Shown here: positions 49,932 to 59,103 of the stretch, piece by piece
How positions within the stretch are numbered: the first letter of the stretch is position 1
Layout: every line of letters starts with the position of its first letter
Source of the DNA: Acidobacteriota bacterium
Lineage (GTDB): Bacteria > Acidobacteriota > UBA6911 > RPQK01 > JAJDTT01
Assembly: GCA_965263035.1 (NCBI GenBank)
Contig: OZ253580.1
Span: forward strand, 4,640,001 to 4,704,000
Length of the DNA: 64,000 bases
Reading direction: 5' to 3'
Program-made: the position numbers and the translations under genes
Notes under the pieces: model-generated
Seen by the model: the letters and a program-made list of their open reading frames with translations, nothing else
What the model was told of the DNA's origin: nothing
The model's database searches: none

Positions 49932-50719
49932 AGATCGTTCGATATCGGGAAGGGGACCGGATCCACTACGGGATCCTGGAAGAGGGGGGACTGATCCGGC
50001 GCCTGGAAGGGACGCCCTTCGAGAGCCTGACTCCGGACGGGACCACCACGCGATTGGAGTCCGTGCGGATCCTCCCGCCCGTGCCTGCGCCCAGGATCTT
50101 CGGGCTGGGCCTCAACTATGCCGACCACGCGGCCGAGGGGGGAAAGGAGCATCCGCCGCAGCCCATGCTCTTCATGAAGCCCTCCACGGCCGCCATCGGA
50201 CCCGGGGAATCCATCGTCTATCCGGCCGAAGAGGGGAATCTGGAAGTCCACTTCGAGGCCGAGCTGGTGGCGGTCATCGGGAGGAGAGCGCGGAGGGTCG
50301 GCAGCAGCGAGGCCCTGGACTACGTCCTGGGATACACTTGCGGCAACGACGTGAGCGAGCGCGTCATCCAGAGGGCCGAGATGAAGGAGGGATGTCTTCT
50401 CATGGGCAAGGGGTACGACACCTTCTGCCCCCTGGGGCCCGCCGTCGTCACCGGGCTGGATCCCACCGACCTGCTGCTGCTGGCCCGCGTCAACGGCCGG
50501 GAGCGGCAACGCACCAATACTTCGGACCTCATCTATCCCGTGGCCGAGATCGTCTCCTACATGAGCCAGGCCATCACCCTGCTTCCGGGGGACGTGATCC
50601 TGACCGGGACGCCCTCGGGCGTGGGACCCATCTATCCCGGAGACCGGGTGGAGATCGAGGTGCCTCAGGTGGGCGTCCTGTCCAATCCGGTGGTGGCCGA
50701 GAAAGAGAACGGATCATGA
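49928..50719 (+). CDS. Fumarylacetoacetate hydrolase family protein
   Basis: GLNYADH, FMKP, HFEAEL, NDVSER, KGYDTFCPLGP, PGDVILTGTP. Confidence 0.92.
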   Translation: MKIVRYREGDRIHYGILEEGGLIRRLEGTPFESLTPDGTTTRLESVRILPPVPAPRIFGLGLNYADHAAEGGKEHPPQPMLFMKPSTAAIGPGESIVYPAEEGNLEVHFEAELVAVIGRRARRVGSSEALDYVLGYTCGNDVSERVIQRAEMKEGCLLMGKGYDTFCPLGPAVVTGLDPTDLLLLARVNGRERQRTNTSDLIYPVAEIVSYMSQAITLLPGDVILTGTPSGVGPIYPGDRVEIEVPQVGVLSNPVVAEKENGS

Positions 50720-52329
50720 ATGCCAAGAGCGGGCTGCGTGGAGCCGGGTGCCTTCTGGCCGTGGCCGCGGCGGCGTGCGGCCCGGGCAGCGGAACCTTGA
50801 TTCTGGAGTCGGAGAAGCAGTGGAGAGACGCCACCGGAGCCATGGCCGGCGCCGTCATCGGCCCCAACGGCCTGGAGCTGGAAGCGGGCGGCGAAGGCCA
50901 CTGGACCGGGGCCTGGCGGGAAGGGCCGGGAGAGGCCGGTTCGGTCCGGGTTACGTTCCGGTCCCGCTTGGAACTTTTCCGGGACAAGACCATCGAGGTC
51001 GTGGTGGACGGCTCCGAAGAACCTTACACCGGCAGCGACGGGGTTCCGCACGACTGGTACGGGCGCTCCATGATCGCCATTCTGGACCAGAACCGGTGGG
51101 TCATGGCGCTTCGCTCCGGACTGAATCACATCGACTGGAAGGGCCAGGATGCCATCCACATTCTGACCTCCTCGGACGAGGGACGGACCTGGGGCGAGTT
51201 GGACCGCTGGTTCGACGGTTCCCCCATTTCGGGGATGCCCTTTGACGACGGCTACACCCACAGCGAGCCGGGCCTCTACCGCATGCCCAGCGGCGACCTC
51301 ATCCTCCAGTTCTGGCGGACCGCCTACAGCACCGGAACACGACAGCTCCGCTCCCACGACGGCGGGAAGACCTGGGTCTCGGACCACGATCGAATTCACG
51401 TGCAGGGGGTCACCGGGGCGCCCGGGGACCTGGCCATCGGCACCGAAGACTGGTTCGTGGATCCCGAGAATCCAACCCATGTCTACATGGCGTTCCAGTA
51501 TTTCCACCACGAGGCCCAGGCGGGAACCCTGTTGGCCCGCTCCACCGACGACGGCCGGAGCTATGAATTCCTGAGCTGGATCGGTCCCCCGGCCAGCGAG
51601 AAGGACCCGGACGGAGGAGCGACCTTCGAGCCGGCCATCGAGTACGTGGGCAACCGCACCATCGTGGCCGTCCTGCGGGACGCGGCGGGCAATCGGCACA
51701 CCTGGCAGACGGTGAGCACCGACATGGGCGCCACCTTCGCCCCCCTGGAGGAGATATCCCCCAAGGTGGACGGCGGCGTCGAAGGGGGCCTCTGGCAGCG
51801 GGCCCGGATCTACAAGGAGAGCAATCCCAGGTTCCAGCATGGGAACGTGCTGGACTACGCCGCTGGCGAGGGCCGTCTCTGGGGCATGGGCCTCCACAGC
51901 ATCGGCGGCGGATACACTCGCAAGCCGGTGGTCTACTGGTCCGACGACGACGGCGCCACCTGGCAGGGCCCCGAGCTGCTGCACGGCCCCATGCTTCCGG
52001 GAACCGACACCGGTTACGGAGACCTGAAGCGGCGGGTGGACGGGGCCTTCGTGGCCGTGGCCTACTATGCAACCCGGGACTCCACAGTGTCGGACCTGGA
52101 GCAGTACACGTTCGGCGGACGGCGGGCCCGGTTCCGGTTGGAAGAGGACGCCGACGGTGACGGTGAAGCGGACGGAGGATCGAGCTGGCGGGAGCTCCAC
52201 GGCGGCGTCGAGAACTACACGGTCCCGATGACGGGAGCCCGCTGGAGGCTGAATCTCCGCCTCTCCCGCACCGGAGAAGGCCCGGGACCCGGAATCGAGT
52301 CGATCCGGATCGAGCCGTCGCAGGAATGA
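50716..52329 (+). CDS. BNR/Asp-box sialidase-family lipoprotein
   Basis: Lipobox AAAC; SSDEGRTW, SHDGGKTW, STDDGRSY, STDMGATF, SDDDGATW; DTGYG. Confidence 0.8.
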   Translation: MNAKSGLRGAGCLLAVAAAACGPGSGTLILESEKQWRDATGAMAGAVIGPNGLELEAGGEGHWTGAWREGPGEAGSVRVTFRSRLELFRDKTIEVVVDGSEEPYTGSDGVPHDWYGRSMIAILDQNRWVMALRSGLNHIDWKGQDAIHILTSSDEGRTWGELDRWFDGSPISGMPFDDGYTHSEPGLYRMPSGDLILQFWRTAYSTGTRQLRSHDGGKTWVSDHDRIHVQGVTGAPGDLAIGTEDWFVDPENPTHVYMAFQYFHHEAQAGTLLARSTDDGRSYEFLSWIGPPASEKDPDGGATFEPAIEYVGNRTIVAVLRDAAGNRHTWQTVSTDMGATFAPLEEISPKVDGGVEGGLWQRARIYKESNPRFQHGNVLDYAAGEGRLWGMGLHSIGGGYTRKPVVYWSDDDGATWQGPELLHGPMLPGTDTGYGDLKRRVDGAFVAVAYYATRDSTVSDLEQYTFGGRRARFRLEEDADGDGEADGGSSWRELHGGVENYTVPMTGARWRLNLRLSRTGEGPGPGIESIRIEPSQE

Positions 52330-52446
52330 TGCCAACCCTGCGGCTGGTTCGGAGAAGGATGGCCAGAATAAAATTCAGTCCGGCCGGAGTCGCCGGCCCA
52401 ACCGCGACTTCCTCGTCGCGGATTCAGGACGGGAAAGGGTGACCTG

Positions 52447-54069
52447 ATGCAACTTCACTTCGCCGATCACGTGGTGCTGGGCGTCTATCTGGCGGCCATG
52501 ATGTTCCTGGGTTGGAGGCTCGCCAGGGGTCAGCAGACCGAAGAAGAATATTTTCTGGGCGGGCGGCGCCTCCCCTGGTTTGCCGTCGGAGTCAGCATCA
52601 TCGCCTCGCTCCTGTCCAGCATCACCTATCTGGCGAGTCCCGGCATCGTCTGGCGTTTCGGCTTCGGCGGTTTCGTCAGCTCCCTGTTCGCCATTCCCCT
52701 CGACATGATTCTGATTCTGCTCCTGGCCATTCCCTTCTTCGTCCGTTTCAAGTTCACCACGGCCTACGAATACCTGGAACACCGGTACGACCTCTCGGTG
52801 CGGCTGTTGGGCGCCACCATGTTTCTCCTGTTCGTCACCGTGCTCATGGGAGTGATCGTGCTGGTCTCGTCCCGCGCTCTGGCCGTGGCCACGGGTCTGC
52901 CTCTGGTGGTGATCATCGGCGTGATCGGAGTCGTCGCCACCGTGTACACCATGATGGGAGGGATTCGGGCCGTGGTCTGGACGGATGTGATTCAGGCGGC
53001 TCTCCTGGTGGGCGGAGGGCTGTTCACCGTCGGCTACGTGGCCTGGGTCACGGGTTCGGGACCGCTGGACTGGTTCCACGTCGTGATCGCCAGGGACAAC
53101 GAGAGTTTTGCCTTCTTCTCCCCCGACCCCACCGTGGCCGCCACGGTGGTGACCATGACCCTCTCGGGTGTGATCTGGACTCTGACGGCCCATTGCGCCA
53201 ACCAGATGACCCTGCAACGTTACTTCAGCACCGTGGACGTCCGGGCCGCCAAGCGCAGCTTCGTCACCAGTATCGTGGTCAGCGCGATGATCGCGCTCCT
53301 GCTGGCCATCATCGGCGCCTCCCTGGTCTACTACTACACTCACGGTCCGGAAGCCCTCCCCGAGCACATCAACTTGGCGAGCGGCAAGGATCGGGATTCC
53401 ATCTTCCCCTTCTTCGTGGCCTCCAGGATTCCGCCGGGACTGGCCGGAGCCATCTTCGCCGCCCTCCTGGCGGCGGCCATGTCCACCATCGACTCGGGCG
53501 TCAATTCCTGGGCCACCGTGGCCACGGTGGACTTCGGCCGGCTCCGCAAGAAGCCGTCCAGCGGGAACCGCGTCTTCCAGGCCCGGATCATCACCCTGAT
53601 CGTGGGGTTGGTGGTGACCGTGTCGGCCGTCTACCTGGACGGGCTCACCGGAATGGACGATATCCTCACCATACTGCCCAAGACCTTCAACTCCCTGGTG
53701 GGTTCGATGGGAGCTCTGTTCCTGGCGGGGATGCTGTTCCCCAGGGTCGGCACTCGCGCCGTCTGGCCGGCGGCGTTCATCGGCTTGGCCGTGGCTCTGG
53801 GAGTGGCCTATTCGCGCGACCTGCTGCAGCTCATGGACCCCTCCACCCACCAGGCCATGGCAGGTGTCTTCGGTGCGGACTTCACTCAGCGCCTGGTGGA
53901 AAAGGGGATGGGATTCACCTGGATCATCCTCTCGTCGGCCGTTGCCGCGCTGGGTTCCGCATGGCTGCTGAGCTTTGTGTTTCCCAATAAGGATCTGGAA
54001 AGGATCAAGGGCCTGACCTGGGCCACTCGCCACGAGCCCTCGCCGTTTACCCGGAAGGAGCTGGTCTGA
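52447..54069 (+). CDS. SSS family transporter
   Basis: EYFLGGRRLP, GGIRAVVWTD, NQMTLQRY, AAMSTIDS. Confidence 0.92.
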   Translation: MQLHFADHVVLGVYLAAMMFLGWRLARGQQTEEEYFLGGRRLPWFAVGVSIIASLLSSITYLASPGIVWRFGFGGFVSSLFAIPLDMILILLLAIPFFVRFKFTTAYEYLEHRYDLSVRLLGATMFLLFVTVLMGVIVLVSSRALAVATGLPLVVIIGVIGVVATVYTMMGGIRAVVWTDVIQAALLVGGGLFTVGYVAWVTGSGPLDWFHVVIARDNESFAFFSPDPTVAATVVTMTLSGVIWTLTAHCANQMTLQRYFSTVDVRAAKRSFVTSIVVSAMIALLLAIIGASLVYYYTHGPEALPEHINLASGKDRDSIFPFFVASRIPPGLAGAIFAALLAAAMSTIDSGVNSWATVATVDFGRLRKKPSSGNRVFQARIITLIVGLVVTVSAVYLDGLTGMDDILTILPKTFNSLVGSMGALFLAGMLFPRVGTRAVWPAAFIGLAVALGVAYSRDLLQLMDPSTHQAMAGVFGADFTQRLVEKGMGFTWIILSSAVAALGSAWLLSFVFPNKDLERIKGLTWATRHEPSPFTRKELV

Positions 54070-54577
54070 GAAAGGAAAGAGAAGAGAGAAAAGAGTGATG
54101 AAAGGTGAGTCGTTTACGCGCGGGGGGACGCAGACCAGGAGGTGGTCTCGTCAATGAGGTTTGAGCCAGATCGACTCGATGCCTTGTTTCTTTCCGGATT
54201 TCGCCGGACCCTGGCTGGTTCGGTGCGAGGGACACGTCCGATCACGAATTCTCAAATTTCCCGAATATCCGTTCCACCTCCGCTCTCTCCGCGAAACGGC
54301 CTTGATCGGCTGCCTCTATTCCCACCCGGATACGTTCCTCCCGCCAGGCGTGCAGTTCAAGGAAATTTTCGATCGCTTCGTTCACGATGTCGTTGCGTGA
54401 CCGGTCCTGCAGCTTGGCAAGCGTGTCCAGTTGCCGAACGATCCCGCTGTCCGCACGAATGCTAAAGGCCTCAGGAGCCATGTGAATACCTCATCTAAAT
54501 TCGTTGCGGTTTTGTCACCGGTACATTCTCGCGAATGTCTTCACTCTTTCCTCTTTTCTCTTTTCCTCTGTTTCTCA
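54067..54577. repeat. Purine-rich imperfect inverted repeats (54067-54098 and 54541-54577) starting at the stop codons of two convergent genes
   Basis: TGAgaaaggaaagagaagagagaaaagagtga versus minus-strand TGAgaaacagaggaaaagagaaaagaggaaagagtga. Confidence 0.6.
54242..54481 (-). CDS. CopG/RHH antitoxin-like protein, orphan
   Basis: FSIRAD...LDTLAKLQDRSRNDIVNEAIENFLE...IRVGIEAADQGRF. Confidence 0.8.
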   Translation of the reverse strand: MAPEAFSIRADSGIVRQLDTLAKLQDRSRNDIVNEAIENFLELHAWREERIRVGIEAADQGRFAERAEVERIFGKFENS

Positions 54578-56212
54578 GAAGATCTTGGAGAGCTTTCGAG
54601 TCTCCGCAGTGATCACGTCCACCACGGCCGGCTGTCCGTCTCTCGTAGCCTGAATCGCCCGTTTCAGGGCCGGCTGCAGCCCTTGGACTGTCTCCACCTT
54701 CTCTGCATGGCAGCCCAAGGCGCGCGCCACGTTGGCGTAGTCCCCGGTCTGGGTCGAGATCTTGTAGCGTTCGACGGCCACGGGGATGTGCCGATCGTAG
54801 CCGCTGAAGATGGAGTCGTGCTTGATCACGGTGAGGATGGGGATGTTCTCCCGGACCGCCGTCTCCCAATCCATTCCGGTCATCCCCACGGAGGCGTCCC
54901 CCATGACGTTGACCACCAGCTTGTCGGGATGGGCGATCTTGGCTCCCATGGCCAGGCCCAGGGAAAAGCCCAACTGGGAGGACTGGCCCCATCCCAGATA
55001 GCTCCGTGGTGTGTTGGCCTGGTAGAAGACGCTCTGGATGTCCCGCGAGGCGCCCGATTCGTGGGTCACGATGGAGGTGTCCGGATCGATGGCCGACCAT
55101 AGCTCCCGGAACATCCGGTAACCGTTGACGGGTCGGGAATCGTCGCTGAACAGAGACTCGAACTCCTCCAACCAGGCGGTCCGCAGCCGTGAGAGGGTCT
55201 CGACCGTCTCCTGACGATGGGCTTCCCGGTCTTTTCCCACCTTGGATTTCAGGACCTCGGCCAGTTGCCGCAGGAACAGTTTGGCGTCGGCCACGACCGG
55301 GAGCACCGCCGGATATTCCTTGTTGATGTCGGACGGGTCCACGGTGGCGTGGATGATGGCTTTTCCAGGCGGGACCGGTGGTGTGAAGGGAGCCACGGTA
55401 AGGCTGGAGCCGACGGCCAGGATCAGGTCGGTGTCGGTCAGGTAATGCCGCGCCATGTGGGTGATGGAGTAGGCGCCGACGCCGGCCGAAAGCTCATGGC
55501 GTTCGGGGAAGCCGCTCTTTCCCTGAAGCGTGGTCATGACGGGGATTCCCAGGAGTTCGGCCACTGCCACCAGCTCCCGGCTCGCCTCGGCGTAGAGGAT
55601 GCCCTGGCCGGCCCAGATCATGGGACGCCGGGCGCGCAGCAGGCGGTCGGCGGCCTCTTCCACGGATCCCGGATCGGCGGCCACCCGCATCCGGGGGATC
55701 GGCGTGTATTCCAGGTCGCCGACGAACTCCGCGTTGCAGGCGTCGTCCAACAGCTCCAGCATCACCGGGCCCGGCCTCCCCGAGCGCAGGGCCGTGAAGG
55801 CGTGCCGGAGCCGGCTGGGCGCCAACTCGGGCGAGATCACCTTGTTGGCCATCTTGGTGGTGGCCCGGTAGTTGTCGACGCAGTCGAAGGAAGGATGGGT
55901 CCCGATCTGGTCCAGGCCAGCGTGTCCCGGCAGGAAGAGGACCGGAGTCGAATCGGTGAAGGAGTGGGCCACCCCCGCGAACGCGTTCTCGGCGCCGGCT
56001 CGGGACTGGACCGTGAAGACCCCGATCTGACGTCCGTTGGTGGACCGGGAGACGCCGTCGGCCATGTTGCCGGCGACCCGCTCCTGCCGGGCGCTCAGGA
56101 TTCGGACACCGGCGCGGGCCAGGGCGTCCAACAGGTTGGTCAAGGGGTAGCAGAACACCTGCCGGATCCCTTCCATTTGCAAGATCTTGACGATGGCATC
56201 GGCGCCGGTCAT
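54575..56212 (-). CDS. Thiamine-pyrophosphate-dependent enzyme (acetolactate synthase-like family)
   Basis: RQERVAGNMADG, SGRPGPV, MGDASVGM. Confidence 0.9.
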   Translation of the reverse strand: MTGADAIVKILQMEGIRQVFCYPLTNLLDALARAGVRILSARQERVAGNMADGVSRSTNGRQIGVFTVQSRAGAENAFAGVAHSFTDSTPVLFLPGHAGLDQIGTHPSFDCVDNYRATTKMANKVISPELAPSRLRHAFTALRSGRPGPVMLELLDDACNAEFVGDLEYTPIPRMRVAADPGSVEEAADRLLRARRPMIWAGQGILYAEASRELVAVAELLGIPVMTTLQGKSGFPERHELSAGVGAYSITHMARHYLTDTDLILAVGSSLTVAPFTPPVPPGKAIIHATVDPSDINKEYPAVLPVVADAKLFLRQLAEVLKSKVGKDREAHRQETVETLSRLRTAWLEEFESLFSDDSRPVNGYRMFRELWSAIDPDTSIVTHESGASRDIQSVFYQANTPRSYLGWGQSSQLGFSLGLAMGAKIAHPDKLVVNVMGDASVGMTGMDWETAVRENIPILTVIKHDSIFSGYDRHIPVAVERYKISTQTGDYANVARALGCHAEKVETVQGLQPALKRAIQATRDGQPAVVDVITAETRKLSKIF

Positions 56213-56323
56213 GGGACTCTTCTCCTTGTTCGTTTCTGGTCGTTTCGGAGGGCCCGGGTATCCTAACATCCGGGTAGGGGCCGATCCACGGTGCTTCTCC
56301 CGTCGAGGTGTGCGGATCCTCGC

Positions 56324-56803
56324 TCAGGACCTCCCGGGAACCTCGATGACGACGTAGTCTTCCTCCACGGCCACCGGGTAGGTCTCCAATCTGTAGGGAC
56401 CGGGGCAGAGGCCGCTCATCTCGGGATCGGACACCGGGCCGCGGTTCTCCACCGCCAGAGAAGCACCGCTCTCGACCCGGGCCGGGTAGGTGGCCACCCG
56501 CAACCGGGCCGGGTCGAACCAGGACTGGCCGGTCTTGACGTCGAACTCCCACCCGTGCCAGGGACAGCGCAGGATCTCGCCATTCCGCAGGTACTCGAAC
56601 TCGCCCGGAGTCGGCGATGTGGCGAATCCCGTGAGGTGCCCCAGGCAGACCGGGCCACCCTGATGGGGACAACTGTTGCGAAGCGCGTAAAAACGGCCGC
56701 CCACGTTGAAGACGCCGATGGACCGGGCCCCGATCTTCACCAGCTTGCGGGACCCGGGCGGCAGGGAGTCGATGCTGCAGATCAGGTGTCGCTGGAGGGG
56801 CAT
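56324..56803 (-). CDS. Rieske [2Fe-2S] ferredoxin
   Basis: CPHQGG and CPWHGWEF. Confidence 0.92.
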   Translation of the reverse strand: MPLQRHLICSIDSLPPGSRKLVKIGARSIGVFNVGGRFYALRNSCPHQGGPVCLGHLTGFATSPTPGEFEYLRNGEILRCPWHGWEFDVKTGQSWFDPARLRVATYPARVESGASLAVENRGPVSDPEMSGLCPGPYRLETYPVAVEEDYVVIEVPGRS

Positions 56804-56820
56804 TTGCTTGTTTTACGTCC

Positions 56821-56915
56821 TGGAGGGGCGATTTCTAATCGCCCCTCCCACGTCCGCTCACTCCGCTGTTCTCCGTCGCACATTGGGAGTTCGGCGACTG
56901 GAAGTCGCCGCTCCC
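56821..56915. repeat. REPIN inside the operon
   Basis: ggaggggcgatttctaatcgcccctcc ... cggcgactggaagtcgccgctcc. Confidence 0.8.
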
Positions 56916-56924
56916 GGGGTGCCC

Positions 56925-58037
56925 CTACGCCTCTCCGAAATCGTAAAGGCTCCGCGCGTTCTCGGACATGACGCCTCGCCTGAACTCCCGGGGAAGACTC
57001 GGCGGGAGGGCCTGCGCCGGAGAGTCGAAGTCCCAGTGGGGGTAGTCGGTGGCGAACAGAAGGCGGTCGTCCATGTCCAGCTGCTCCAGCAGTTGCACGA
57101 GATACTCGTGCCGGGGCGGTTCCTCCATGGGTTGGGTGGTAGACCAGAAGTGGCGGCGGATGGTCTCCGACGGTAGCCGCCGCAGGTCGGGAACCTCTTC
57201 CTTGAGTCTCCGCCAGGAGCGGTCCAGGCGCCACATCAGGGGAGGCAGCCAGCCGAACCCGCCCTCGATCAGCACCACCTGCAATCCGGGGAACCGTTCG
57301 AACACCCCTTCCGTCACCAGGCTGATCACCTGGGACTGAAAGGCCTGGGGCATGCCGGCGTGATCCTCGTAGTAGTGGTTGGGCCACCCTCCACCGGTCA
57401 GGGGCTGGCCCGAGTTTCCCCCGAAGTGGAGGCCGAAGGGGAGGCCGTGGCGCTCGCAGGCCTCGTACATCTTCCAGTATTTGCGCCGGCCCAGGGGCTG
57501 TTGGGTGCGGACCGCCGCCAGCACCTGGACGAAGCCGGGATGGTCTCCCACGCGGTCGATCTCGGCCGCCGACAGCTCCCCGTCTTCGTAGGGCACCACG
57601 ATGGAGGCCCGCAGCCGTGGCTCGGGTTCCAGCCAGGCCTCGATCTGCCAGTCGTTGAGACCGCGCGCGAAGGCGGCGCCGAACTCCAGGTTCTGCTGCC
57701 GGCCCGCGCCGACGAGACAGTTCAGGAGGCCATATTCGATATCCCACTCGTCCAGCAACTGCTCCCGCAGGAAGTCCAGGTCCGAGCCGGCGGGCAGGCC
57801 GGAAGGGGGCCAGGAATCGTGCCGGGCGGCGTTGGGACTGGCTCGGGGGTACTCGCAGCCGTCGTGTCCCCGGAGTCCGATCAAGCGGTGATGATTCCGC
57901 CAGCGTTGGGGAAGGTACTTGCGGATCGCCTCGTTGGAGGGCAGAGCGTTGTGGATGTCGCAGTCGATGACGGCGGTCTTGGACCGGCGCCTTCTGCGGA
58001 TCACCGCTCGAGTCTTGGGTTCAACGGCGATGGCCAT
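56925..58037 (-). CDS. Amidohydrolase_2-fold protein, candidate dinuclear oxygenase catalytic subunit
   Basis: DCDIH, GLHFG, LIEGG, FATDYPHWD. Confidence 0.85.
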   Translation of the reverse strand: MAIAVEPKTRAVIRRRRRSKTAVIDCDIHNALPSNEAIRKYLPQRWRNHHRLIGLRGHDGCEYPRASPNAARHDSWPPSGLPAGSDLDFLREQLLDEWDIEYGLLNCLVGAGRQQNLEFGAAFARGLNDWQIEAWLEPEPRLRASIVVPYEDGELSAAEIDRVGDHPGFVQVLAAVRTQQPLGRRKYWKMYEACERHGLPFGLHFGGNSGQPLTGGGWPNHYYEDHAGMPQAFQSQVISLVTEGVFERFPGLQVVLIEGGFGWLPPLMWRLDRSWRRLKEEVPDLRRLPSETIRRHFWSTTQPMEEPPRHEYLVQLLEQLDMDDRLLFATDYPHWDFDSPAQALPPSLPREFRRGVMSENARSLYDFGEA

Positions 58038-58047
58038 GTTTTCCTCC

Positions 58048-59085
58048 TCAAAGCCGATAGAACTCACGGGCGTTTTCAGATCCGATCCGGTCCCGCAGCG
58101 AGTCGGGAAGCTGGACCGGGAGCACTTCCTCCGGGGCGCCGTCGTGGCAGTGCGGATAGTCGGAGGAGAACATCAGGAGGTCCTGTCCGTCCATCTGCTC
58201 CAGGACCTCCAGCAACTGCCGGGTCCGGGGCGGAGCGTCCACCGGCTGCAGGGTCAGGCGGATGTGTTCCCGGATGTATTCCGACGGGGGCCGCTTGACC
58301 CAGGGGATGTCCCGGCGCAGTCCTCTCCATTCCTTGTCGAGCCGCCACATGAGGGAGGGCATCCAGGTGAAGCCGCCCTCGATCAGAGCCACCCGCAGTT
58401 GGGGATAGCGGTCGAAGGTCCCTTCGGCAATCAGGCTCAGGATCTGGGACTGGAAGACCTGGGACATGCCGGCGTACTCCTCCAGATAGGTGGAAGGCCA
58501 CCCGCAGGGGGTGGGGGGATTGCCGGAGGAGCCGCCGAAATGGATTCCGACGGCCAGGTCGTGGCGGAGGACCGCCTCGTAGAGGGGATCGAAGCGGCGG
58601 TTTCCATAGGGGGTCCAAGACCGGACCGGCAGGATCACCTGCACGAAGCCGGGATGGTCCCCCAGACGATCGATCTCCTGGGCAGCCAGGACCGGGTTCT
58701 GGCTCGGCACCACCAGGGAGGCGCGCAGGCGGGAGTCCGCCGTCAACCAGTGCTCCACCTGCCAGGTGTTGATGGCGGTGGCCAGCGCCGACGCCAGGTA
58801 TTCGTTGTGGACGCTCTGGACCCAGTAGTTGCAGTTCAGGATTCCCAGCTCCAGGTTCCAGGCGTCCAGGGTCTGGGCGCAGAGGAACTCGGGGTCCGAA
58901 CCGGGCGGCCCCCCGGACGGAGGTGTGGTGCCCGGACGCGCCGGAATGGGTGTCCCCTCGGGATAGTCGTTCACGTCGGGGCCCACGAACGCCGACTCGC
59001 GAAGGTACGCCCGCCAGTGCTCCTCCAGGTAGGGCACCAACGTCTCCAGGGAGGGAAGCTGATTGTGGATGTCGCAATCAATCAT
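58048..59085 (-). CDS. Amidohydrolase_2-fold paralogue, candidate partner subunit
   Basis: DCDIH, GIHFG, LIEGG, FSSDYPHCH. Confidence 0.85.
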   Translation of the reverse strand: MIDCDIHNQLPSLETLVPYLEEHWRAYLRESAFVGPDVNDYPEGTPIPARPGTTPPSGGPPGSDPEFLCAQTLDAWNLELGILNCNYWVQSVHNEYLASALATAINTWQVEHWLTADSRLRASLVVPSQNPVLAAQEIDRLGDHPGFVQVILPVRSWTPYGNRRFDPLYEAVLRHDLAVGIHFGGSSGNPPTPCGWPSTYLEEYAGMSQVFQSQILSLIAEGTFDRYPQLRVALIEGGFTWMPSLMWRLDKEWRGLRRDIPWVKRPPSEYIREHIRLTLQPVDAPPRTRQLLEVLEQMDGQDLLMFSSDYPHCHDGAPEEVLPVQLPDSLRDRIGSENAREFYRL

Positions 59086-59103
59086 CTCGACTCTCCGGCC
59101 GCT

